Below the pieces are notes generated by a model that was given only the letters and a program-made list of their open reading frames with translations, had not been told where the DNA came from and ran no database searches. From assembly GCA_047602405.1 (NCBI GenBank), contig JASGHJ010000001.1, positions 2,144,001 through 2,208,000 on the forward strand: DNA of 64,000 nucleotides. Direction: 5' to 3'. The stretch comes from Anaeromyxobacteraceae bacterium (lineage in GTDB: Bacteria > Myxococcota > Myxococcia > Myxococcales > Anaeromyxobacteraceae). The position numbers and the translations under genes were made by a program. Of the stretch, positions 23,945-32,165 are shown piece by piece (the first letter of the stretch is position 1; each line of letters opens with the position of its first letter).

Positions 23945-24169
23945 TGGGAAGGTTCCTTTCGGTTGTGGGCTGCGTCTGCCCCATCCCCGGCGCAGGTTTC
24001 ATGACGGGCCTCCGGCCCGAGTGACGGCGAGCGGAGGCCCGGCAGGAAACGTGCGTCGTCCCAAGCAGACGCAGCCCACAGCCGAAAGGAGGCCAGTGAC
24101 GGCCCCCTCGCCCGATTGACGGTCCCCTCCCCCACCGGCGGGCCATTCACTCCAAGTCCCTATCCCCCG
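23945..24169 (-). ncRNA. conserved structured leader, copy 2
   Basis: 26-bp outer stem (23954-23979 with 24065-24090, one mismatch), same inner stem and upstream motifs as copy 1. Confidence 0.6.
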
Positions 24170-24210
24170 ATATGGGCCCGACAGGGAGAGGGTTCACCTA
24201 CAGTCCAGGT

Positions 24211-24480
24211 CCCGACTCCCGACTCCCGGTCCCCGTCCCGTTCCGGTCCCGGTCCCGATTCCCGGTCCCGACTCCCGGTCCCGACTCCCGGTCCCGACTC
24301 CCGGTCCCGACTCCCGGTCCCGACTCCCGGTCCCGACTCCCGGTCCCGACTCCCGGTCCCGACTCCCGGTCCCGACTCCCGGTCCCGACTCCCGGTCCCG
24401 ACTCCCGGTCCCGACTCCCGGTCCCGACTCCCGGTCCCGACTCCCGGTCCCGTTCCGGCCCCGATCCCCGGCCCCGATTC
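24211..24480. repeat. 13-bp tandem repeat (CCCGACTCCCGGT), 14 perfect units plus degenerate flanks
   Basis: Perfect units span 24267-24448. Confidence 0.95.
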
Positions 24481-24635
24481 CCAATCCCCCGCCGCGCTCC
24501 CAGGTCCCGCCTCCCGGTCCCGCCCCTCCCCCGCCCGCCCCCTCGCCCGGCATTTGCCCCTCCCTCTCCGGCCGTGGTACGCCACCCCCCTTCACACGGG
24601 TAGACACGCGGCTCCAACCCGCGGCCCGGCACGCC

Positions 24636-27323
24636 ATGCGCCTCCCTTCCGCTCGAGAACTGTCCGCGCTCGACGAGCTCGTGCTCGCTGCGCAGAAGCC
24701 CTCCCGTTACGTCGGCCTGGAGTTCGGGGCCGTGAAGAAGGACCTCGCGGACGCGCGCCTGCGCTTCGCGCTCGCCTTCCCCGACACGTACGAGGTCGGG
24801 ATGTCGAACCTCGGGTTCCGGCTCCTCTACCACCTGCTCAACGATCGCCCCGAGATCGCCTGCGAGCGGGTGTTCATGCCCTGGCCCGACCTCGAGGGGA
24901 TGCTGAAGGAGCGGAACCTCCGGCTCTTCAGCCTCGAGTCGCGCGCGCCGGTGAAGGGCTTCGACGTCCTCGGCCTGACCTTGCAGACCGAGCTCGCCTA
25001 CACGAGCGCGCTCGCGCTCCTCGATCTCGCCGGGATCCCGCTCCTCGCGCGGGAGCGCGGCGAGGACGATCCCATCGTGCTCGGCGGCGGCCCCTGCGCC
25101 TACAACCCCGAGCCGGTCGCCGACTTCTTCGACGCCTTCGCGGTCGGGGAGGGCGAGGAGGTCGCGCTCGAGATTGCCGACGTGGTGTCGTCGTCCGGCT
25201 TCCGGCGCGGGGGCAGCGGCGCCTCGCGCGCCGAGGTGCTCGAGCGGCTCGCGAAGGTGCCGGGTGTGTACGTGCCCGCGTTCTTCCGGCCGGTGTACGA
25301 CCCCACCACGAAGGTGCTCACCGCGATCGAGCCGCTCCGCCCCGGCTACGACAAGGTCGAGCGGCGGGTGATGCCGGACCTGAACGCGCTCCCGACCACC
25401 GCGTACACCCGGCCCATCGTGCCGTTCATGCAGACGATCCACGATCGCCTGCCCATCGAGATCCAGCGCGGCTGCACGCGCGGCTGCCGCTTCTGCCAGG
25501 TCGGGATGATCACCCGCCCGACCCGCCAGCGCGATCCGAAGGAGGTGCTGCGCCTCGCCGAGGTGGGGCTGAAGTCCTCCGGCTACGAGGAGGTCGGCCT
25601 CCTCTCGCTCTCCTCCGGTGACTACCAGCCGCTCAACGGGCTGCTCGACGACTTCCTCGCCCGCTGGGAGGGCGAGAAGATCGCGATGAGCCTGCCGTCG
25701 CTCCGCACCGAGACGATGAGCGACTCGCTCGCGAAGAAGATCGGCCGCATCCGCAAGACCGGCTTCACGCTCGCGCCGGAGGCGGCCACCGAGCGGATGC
25801 GCGCCGTCATCAACAAGGGGAACCGCGAGGAGGACCTCCTCAAGGCGGTCGCCTCGGTGTTCGGCAACGGCTGGTCGCTCCTCAAGCTCTACTTCATGAT
25901 CGGGCTCCCCGAGGAGCGCGACGAGGACGTCGTCGCCATCGCCGAGCTGGCGCGGAAGTGCCTGGCCGAGGCGCGCCGCGCCTTGCCGAAGGGGCAGGGC
26001 TCCGCCGCGATCCACCTCGGCGCGTCCACCTTCGTGCCGAAGCCGTTCACCCCGTTCCAGTGGGAGCCCACGCTGCGGCCGGAGGAGACCCGCCGGCGCC
26101 AGGGGCTCATCACCGCCGCGCTCGGGGGCCGCAACGGCGCCATCTCGTTCAAGCCGCACGACTCGCGCCAGTCCTCCATCGAGGCCGCGCTCGCGCTCGG
26201 AGACCGCCGGGTCGGCACCGCCGTGCTCGCCGCCTACCGCGCGGGCCAGCGGCTCGACGGCTGGACCGAGTGGTTCGACGAGCGGCGCTGGATCGACGCG
26301 TTCGCCGCGTGCGAGCGCGAGCACGGCGTCGGGCTCGACGGGTTCGCCCACCGCCGCCGCCGGCTCGACGAGGTCCTGCCCTGGGACCGCATCGACTGCG
26401 GCGTGACCAAGAAGTACCTCGCGAAGGGGCTCGCGGCCGCGCGCAACATGGCGGAGCTCACCGACTGCGTCATCGCCCCGTGCTCGGTCTGCGGCGCGTG
26501 CGACTACGACGTCGTGAAGAACCGGACCTACGACGCGAAGGACTACGTGCCGGAACCGGAGCTGCCGCCGCGCCCGCCGCCGCCCGAGATCCGCACCCAC
26601 GTCCGCCTCCGCTACACGAAGCTCGGCCGGCTCGTCGCGCTCAGCCACCTCGAGACCATCCACACCCTCGTGCGGGCCATCCGCCGGGCCGGGCTGCCGG
26701 TCGCGTTCTCGCAGGGCTACCACCCGAAGCCGAAGGTCAGCTTCGGGCCCGCACTGCCCGTCGGGGTCGAGTCGGTCTGCGAGTACCTCGACCTCGAGCT
26801 CGTCGGCCTCGCCGACGCCCGGGACGTGGGCGACCGCCTCGGCCGGGAGCTGCCGGAGGGACTCCGGGTGCTCGAGGCCTCGGAGGTCGACCCCCGGGAG
26901 CCGTCGGTGAACGAGGCCCAGCGGGCGGTCCACTACCGGGTCGAATTCCCGGCTGATATCGCGGAGGACCGCCTCCGGGGGCAGGTCGAGGCCTTCCTCG
27001 CGGCCGAGCGAGCGGTCGTGACCCGCGAGAAGCCCCCCCAGGGGCCCCGGGCCCGGCGCGATAAGGTCGCGGCCGCCCCGGTGAAGAGGATAGACTTGAA
27101 GGAAATCGTGACCCACCTGGCCGTCGAAGGCCCGGGGGTGGTCGCGTTCAGCTTGCGGGCGGATCCCTCGGGAAGCGCGAAGCCAGCCGAGGTGCTGGCA
27201 GCGATCTTCGGCGACGGGTCCACCCCACGGGGAGTGAAGGTTCTGAAGGAAGGCGTCAGCTTCGCGAGGACGGGAACCGGCCGCTCGGGCCAGCCCCGCG
27301 CCCCTCGCTACCTCGACGCCTGA
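24636..27323 (+). CDS. TIGR03960-type radical SAM protein fused to a TIGR03936/DUF2344 domain
   Basis: QKPSRYVG.E, FPDTYEVGMS, RGCTRGCRFC; C-terminal LSHLE...FSQGYHPKPKVSFGPALPVG. Confidence 0.92.
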   Translation: MRLPSARELSALDELVLAAQKPSRYVGLEFGAVKKDLADARLRFALAFPDTYEVGMSNLGFRLLYHLLNDRPEIACERVFMPWPDLEGMLKERNLRLFSLESRAPVKGFDVLGLTLQTELAYTSALALLDLAGIPLLARERGEDDPIVLGGGPCAYNPEPVADFFDAFAVGEGEEVALEIADVVSSSGFRRGGSGASRAEVLERLAKVPGVYVPAFFRPVYDPTTKVLTAIEPLRPGYDKVERRVMPDLNALPTTAYTRPIVPFMQTIHDRLPIEIQRGCTRGCRFCQVGMITRPTRQRDPKEVLRLAEVGLKSSGYEEVGLLSLSSGDYQPLNGLLDDFLARWEGEKIAMSLPSLRTETMSDSLAKKIGRIRKTGFTLAPEAATERMRAVINKGNREEDLLKAVASVFGNGWSLLKLYFMIGLPEERDEDVVAIAELARKCLAEARRALPKGQGSAAIHLGASTFVPKPFTPFQWEPTLRPEETRRRQGLITAALGGRNGAISFKPHDSRQSSIEAALALGDRRVGTAVLAAYRAGQRLDGWTEWFDERRWIDAFAACEREHGVGLDGFAHRRRRLDEVLPWDRIDCGVTKKYLAKGLAAARNMAELTDCVIAPCSVCGACDYDVVKNRTYDAKDYVPEPELPPRPPPPEIRTHVRLRYTKLGRLVALSHLETIHTLVRAIRRAGLPVAFSQGYHPKPKVSFGPALPVGVESVCEYLDLELVGLADARDVGDRLGRELPEGLRVLEASEVDPREPSVNEAQRAVHYRVEFPADIAEDRLRGQVEAFLAAERAVVTREKPPQGPRARRDKVAAAPVKRIDLKEIVTHLAVEGPGVVAFSLRADPSGSAKPAEVLAAIFGDGSTPRGVKVLKEGVSFARTGTGRSGQPRAPRYLDA

Positions 27324-27513
27324 ACGACAACGCGCCCCGCCGTGCCGCGCTCAGCCGCGGCCGCCCGGCGCGAGGAGATGCGAAGCTCTTGAGCGCGAGC
27401 TCGACAGCCGACCCCACCCACCTGGCCCGAGGGCCCGGTGAACCGTGGTCGTGGCCGTCCGTGAGGACGGGCCTCGCTCTCCCCGCGCGTGGCCGGGGCG
27501 AGGGAGGGCCACC

Positions 27514-30204
27514 ATGGCCGATGGCAACAAGAACGGCGGGAGCGGCAACAACGTCCTCGTGATCAACGCGGCGGGCGCGGAGACGCGCGTCGCCCTGGTC
27601 GAGAACGGCACGATCCACGAGTACTACCTCGAGCGGAAGCGCGAGAAGGGGATCGTCGGCAACATCTACAAGGGCCGCGTCGTCCGGGTGCTCCCGGGCA
27701 TGCAGGCGGCCTTCGTCGACATCGGCCTCGAGAAGGCGGCGTTCCTCTACGTCGGCGACGTCTACGGCGACCCGGACTTCTCCGAGGAGTTCGAGCTGAC
27801 CGAGGGCGAGCACGCCCACGAGGTCTCCGAGGTCCCCGACGAGCAGGAGGCCGAGGCCGAGGAGGCCCGCGCCCAGGCCGCGGCCGCGGCTCCGCCGCCG
27901 GCCGAGGGTCAGCCCGCCCTGGAGGGACCGTCGGTCGCCGAGGCCACGGCCGGCATCGCCGGCCCCGGCCTCGACGAGGCGGTCGCCGAGGTGCCCGCCG
28001 AGCCGGCCACGGCCGACGCCGCACCCGAGGCGCCCCAGGCCGAGGAGGTCTCCCCGAGCGACGTGCACCTCATCGAGGACCCTTCGACTTCGCAGCCGGG
28101 CGGCGGCTTCGCTCGGGAGGCCGCCCGCGAGGTCCCGCCGCCGCTGCCGCTCACGCCGCTGCCGCTCGGCACCGAGTTCGCCGGCATGCCCGCGTCGCCC
28201 TCCGCGCCGGCGCTGCTCGTGCCGGCCGAGCCGCTCGCCGGCGAGGCGCCCGCGATCATCGCGCTCCCGTCGCCGGAGACGGTGACGCCGCTGCCTCCCG
28301 CGCCCGAGGGCGCCGTCGCGCCGCTCGTCGAGATCCAGCCCGGCGCGCCCGCCGAGGCCGCGCCGCCGGTCGGCATCGCGCCCGTGGAGGGCGCCCCCGC
28401 CGCGGACCGCATCCAGGCGCGCGAGCGCGAGGCGGCCCGCGAGGCGCGCCAGGACAGGGAGCCGCGCGAGGGTCGCGACCGCGATCGCGGTCGGCGCGAG
28501 GAGCGCGGGCGCCGCGACGGCCGTGACCGCGACCGCGACGGCGGCCGGGAAGGGCGCGAGGGCGGCCGTGACCGCGGCGGCCGCAACGGCCACGGGCACG
28601 GCCACCGCGAGGAGAAGCGCAAGGAGCCGAAGAACATCCAGGACCTCCTCAAGGAGGGCCAGGAGGTCATCGTCCAGGTCGCGAAGGATCCGATCGGGAC
28701 GAAGGGCGCGCGCATCACGAGCCACATCTCGCTGCCCGGCCGCCACCTCGTCTTCATGCCGACGGTCGACCACATCGGCATCTCGCGGCGCATCGAGAAG
28801 GACGGCGAGCGCCGCCGCCTGCGCGAGATCGTGGACCGGATGCGCCCCGAGGGCACCGGCTTCATCGTCCGCACCGTCGCCGAGAGCGTCGAGGCCCCGA
28901 AGCTCGAGGCCGACATCCGCTTCCTCATCACCGTCTGGAACGAGATCATCCGCCAGAAGGACAAGGTCTCCGCGCCGGCGCTGCTCCACCCGGACCTCGA
29001 CCTCATCCTCCGCGCCACCCGCGACCTCTTCACCTCCGAGGTCGGCAAGCTCGTCATCGACGACCGCGACGAGCACGAGCGCATCTGCCGCTTCGTGCGC
29101 GAGCAGTCGCCGCACCTCGAGAGCCAGATCGAGCTCTACCGCGGCGAGGAGCCGATCTTCGACGCCTACGGCATCGAGCAGGAGCTGAAGCGCGCCGCGC
29201 AGCGCAAGGTCTGGCTGAAGAGCGGCGGCTACATCATCATCGACCAGGCCGAGGCGCTCACCGCCATCGACGTCAACTCGGGCCGCTACGTCGGCAAGAA
29301 GAACCTCGAGGAGACGATCACCAAGATCAACGTCGAGGCGGCGAAGGAGATCGTCTACCAGCTCCGGCTGCGCAACATCGGCGGCATCGTCATCCTCGAC
29401 TTCATCGACATGGACAAGCCCCAGAACCGCGACAAGGTCTTCAAGGCCTTGCAGGAGGCGCTGGGGCGCGACAAGGCGAAGACGAACGTCCTCAAGATCT
29501 CCGACCTCGGCCTCGTCGAGATGACGCGCAAGCGCGTCCGCGAGTCGGTGACCCGGATGACGAGCGAGCCCTGCGCCTACTGCGAGGGCAAGGGGCACCT
29601 GAAGTCGAAGGTGACCGTCGCCTACGAGATCTTCCGCGAGATCCGCCGCGAGGCCGCGCACTTCTCCGAGCCGGTGATGGTGGTGAACTGCCACCCCGAG
29701 GTCGCCCGCATGCTGCAGGGCGAGGAGCGCGAGGAGCTGCGCTACCTCATGGACCGGTTCAACAAGACCATCCAGGTGCGCGCGCAGTCCGGCTATCACC
29801 AGGAGCAGTTCGACCTCTACGGCCGCCAGGATCGTGGCGAGGCCCAGCCGGGCGACCGGAACGAGCCGCGCGCCGACCGTCCGCCCCGCAGCGACTCCGG
29901 CGGTGATCGCGACGGCGGCCGCAACGAGGGCGGCGGCCGCGAGGGCCGCGACCGTGGTGGCCGCGGCGGGCGCGACCGGGACCGCGGCCGCGGGCGCGAC
30001 CGCGGAGGCCGTGGCGGCGGCGGAGGCGGTGACCGCGGGAATCGCGGTGAGCGCGGCGGCGGCGACCGTGGCGGTGAGCGCGGCCAGCAGCAGGGCGGCC
30101 AGCGCGACGCCGGCCCCCGGGAGCAGGGCCAGCAGGGCGGCCAGCGCGAGTCCGGCCAGCAGCCGGCGGCGCCGGCCGGTGAGGCGCCGAAGACGGAGGG
30201 CTAG
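27514..30204 (+). CDS. rne: Rne/Rng family ribonuclease (RNase E/G)
   Basis: GNIYKGRVVRVLPGMQAAFVDIG, EALTAIDVNSG, RLRNIGGIVILDFIDM, CxxC. Confidence 0.9.
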   Translation: MADGNKNGGSGNNVLVINAAGAETRVALVENGTIHEYYLERKREKGIVGNIYKGRVVRVLPGMQAAFVDIGLEKAAFLYVGDVYGDPDFSEEFELTEGEHAHEVSEVPDEQEAEAEEARAQAAAAAPPPAEGQPALEGPSVAEATAGIAGPGLDEAVAEVPAEPATADAAPEAPQAEEVSPSDVHLIEDPSTSQPGGGFAREAAREVPPPLPLTPLPLGTEFAGMPASPSAPALLVPAEPLAGEAPAIIALPSPETVTPLPPAPEGAVAPLVEIQPGAPAEAAPPVGIAPVEGAPAADRIQAREREAAREARQDREPREGRDRDRGRREERGRRDGRDRDRDGGREGREGGRDRGGRNGHGHGHREEKRKEPKNIQDLLKEGQEVIVQVAKDPIGTKGARITSHISLPGRHLVFMPTVDHIGISRRIEKDGERRRLREIVDRMRPEGTGFIVRTVAESVEAPKLEADIRFLITVWNEIIRQKDKVSAPALLHPDLDLILRATRDLFTSEVGKLVIDDRDEHERICRFVREQSPHLESQIELYRGEEPIFDAYGIEQELKRAAQRKVWLKSGGYIIIDQAEALTAIDVNSGRYVGKKNLEETITKINVEAAKEIVYQLRLRNIGGIVILDFIDMDKPQNRDKVFKALQEALGRDKAKTNVLKISDLGLVEMTRKRVRESVTRMTSEPCAYCEGKGHLKSKVTVAYEIFREIRREAAHFSEPVMVVNCHPEVARMLQGEEREELRYLMDRFNKTIQVRAQSGYHQEQFDLYGRQDRGEAQPGDRNEPRADRPPRSDSGGDRDGGRNEGGGREGRDRGGRGGRDRDRGRGRDRGGRGGGGGGDRGNRGERGGGDRGGERGQQQGGQRDAGPREQGQQGGQRESGQQPAAPAGEAPKTEG

Positions 30205-31512
30205 ATGCGGATGCGGGTGAGCCGGGACGCGCTCCCGAGGCTGATCCGGCTCGTCCGGCTCGGTCCGAGGGCGCTCACCACCGCGCTCGGCATCCTGCAG
30301 GGTGAGGGCGTGCGCCTGAGGGCCATGGCCCTCACCTACATCTCCCTCTTCGCGCTCGTGCCCGCGCTCGTGGTGGTCTTCACGGTGGTGCAGGCCTTCA
30401 GCGGGACCGACCGCGTCGCGGACGCGATGCACCGCTTCCTGCTCGAGAACCTCGCCGTCGGCGCGGGCGACGCGGTCCAGCCCTACCTCTCGAAGTTCGT
30501 CACGAACGCGAGCGCCGCGAGCGCGGGGCTCGTCGGCGGCCTCTTCCTGCTCTGGTCGGCGCTGTCGCTCTTCCAGAACGTCGACCGCGCCATCAACGAC
30601 ACCTGGGGCATCAAGCGCGGGCGCAGCCTCACCGGCCAGGCCATCACCTACTGGATGGGGCTCACCCTCGGGCCGCTCCTCCTCGCGAGCTCGCTCACGC
30701 TGGCCTCGAGCGCGCGCAGCTGGCTCGGCGGAGACCTCCGCGCCGTGGCGATGGCGGGCGGGGTGCTCCTCACCTGCACGTTCTTCACGGTGCTCTACGT
30801 CATCGTGCCGGTGACGAAGGTGCACTTCCTGCCCGCGGTGGCGGGCGGCTTCGCGGCGGGGCTCTCCTGGGAGCTCGCGAAGTGGGGCTACGCGGTGCTC
30901 GTCGGCAAGATCTTCCGCTACCACGCCATCTACGGCTCGGTCGCGGCGGTGCCGATCTTCATCTTCTGGCTGTTCGTGTCGTGGTCGATCCTGCTCTTCG
31001 GCGCGCGGCTCGTGTACGTCGTGCAGAACGCGAAGACGATCCTCGGCGGCGCGCCGCACCCGGGCTCGCGCGCCGGGCGGGAGCTCCTCGCCGGGCAGAT
31101 CATGCTGCTCGTGGCGCGCCGGTTCGATCATGGCGCCCCGGCCCCCGACGAGTCGGCGCTCGCGAGCGCGCTCAACGTGCCGGCGGAGGACGTCGAGGCG
31201 CTGGTCGAGCGGCTCCTCCGGGACAAGCTCCTCGTCGAGGTCGCCGATCAGGGCGAGCGTGGTGCCGGCGCGGGCGGCCTCGTGCCCGCACGTTCGCTCG
31301 AGAAGCTCACGCTCGAGGACGTCCGGCGTGCCATCGTGGGTCCCGACCTGCCCGACGGGAGGGGGCCCGTCGCGGCGGTGCTCCGCTCGGTCGAGGAGGA
31401 GGCGGCCGCGCGGCTCGACGAGGTCAGCCTGCGCACGCTGCTCGACCGCGACGGTCCGTCCGCACGCGAGGGGGCCACGGCGCCGGCCCCCCCGGCGGCC
31501 GTCCGGGGCTAG
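30205..31512 (+). CDS. YihY/BrkB family inner membrane protein with C-terminal HTH-like extension
   Basis: AMALTYISLFALVP, AINDTW, YHAIYGSVAAVPIFIFW. Confidence 0.88.
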   Translation: MRMRVSRDALPRLIRLVRLGPRALTTALGILQGEGVRLRAMALTYISLFALVPALVVVFTVVQAFSGTDRVADAMHRFLLENLAVGAGDAVQPYLSKFVTNASAASAGLVGGLFLLWSALSLFQNVDRAINDTWGIKRGRSLTGQAITYWMGLTLGPLLLASSLTLASSARSWLGGDLRAVAMAGGVLLTCTFFTVLYVIVPVTKVHFLPAVAGGFAAGLSWELAKWGYAVLVGKIFRYHAIYGSVAAVPIFIFWLFVSWSILLFGARLVYVVQNAKTILGGAPHPGSRAGRELLAGQIMLLVARRFDHGAPAPDESALASALNVPAEDVEALVERLLRDKLLVEVADQGERGAGAGGLVPARSLEKLTLEDVRRAIVGPDLPDGRGPVAAVLRSVEEEAAARLDEVSLRTLLDRDGPSAREGATAPAPPAAVRG

Positions 31513-31592
31513 ATCCGGGGTCCCGGGCCCCCCCCGGTCCGCGCTCCGGACCGCCCCTCCGGTCCGGTCACAAGGCCATGCAGGCGGAACCC

Positions 31593-31621
31593 TTGCTGAT
31601 TTCGGAGGGTTGGTCTAGGCT
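31593..31621 (+). promoter_or_regulatory. putative sigma-70 promoter of the IHF/HU gene
   Basis: TTGCTG-N17-TAGGCT. Confidence 0.5.
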
Positions 31622-31691
31622 CTCTCGGTCGACGGCTTCTTCCTTTTCGAGGGCCAAGGGCCCCCCGCGCCACGGGCGAAACGGAGTCGTG

Positions 31692-32030
31692 ATGCTGAAG
31701 TCGGATCTCATCAACATCCTCGTCGTGAAGCGCGGCGTGACGCAGAAGCAGGCCGAGGCCACGATCGAGACGATCTTCGACTCGATGCGCGACGCCCTCT
31801 GCCGCGGCGAGAACATCGAGATCCGCGGGCTGGGCGCCTTCCACGTGAAGAAGTACGAGGGGTACCAGGGCCGTAACCCCAAGACCGGAGAGGTGATTCC
31901 GGTGAAGCCGAAGCGCGGCATCCTGTTCCGCACGGGCAAGGAGCTGCGCGACCGCGTGAACCGCCCCGAGGGCGGCGACGACGGCACGAACGGCGGGCAG
32001 GGCACGCCGCCGGTCGCGGCAGGCGCGTAG
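31692..32030 (+). CDS. HU/IHF family DNA-binding protein (IHF beta-like)
   Basis: MLKSDLI, IEIRGLGAF, GRNPKTGE, FRTGKELRDRVN. Confidence 0.93.
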   Translation: MLKSDLINILVVKRGVTQKQAEATIETIFDSMRDALCRGENIEIRGLGAFHVKKYEGYQGRNPKTGEVIPVKPKRGILFRTGKELRDRVNRPEGGDDGTNGGQGTPPVAAGA

Positions 32031-32055
32031 CGTCCGTGTTTCGCGGGGGGAGGCG

Positions 32056-32110
32056 CGTCCCTCGACTCCGCGTCGCACGCTCGGGTCGAGCGGACCCACC
32101 CCGGCAGCAC
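32056..32110. repeat. composite dispersed repeat, copy C
   Basis: 5' part matches the ligA insertion (15-nt exact match); the 3' CCCACCCCGGCAGCAC matches copies A and B. Confidence 0.65.
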
Positions 32111-32165
32111 ACCGAACTCGGGCTTCGCCAAGCTGGCGGGGCCCTTCGCTTTTCGGGGGCGAGGC

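Noticed and set aside
23105..24004. ORFs starting at the conserved ATG (MKPAP...) inside each leader hairpin
   Set aside because: The peptides diverge by frameshift after a few codons and differ in frame relative to the downstream genes; conservation is explained by the stem.
22838..24480. CRISPR array, DGR or retron interpretation of the cassette
   Set aside because: The arrays have no unique spacers and there are no cas genes. No RT gene or TR/VR pair with adenine-specific differences was seen. The hairpin leaves no room for a separate msr region.
24116..24637. Repetitive ORFs (PGPDSRSRLPVPT / GSRDRESGPGVGT)
   Set aside because: Translations of a stop-free 13-bp tandem repeat, open in several frames on both strands; no evidence of coding.
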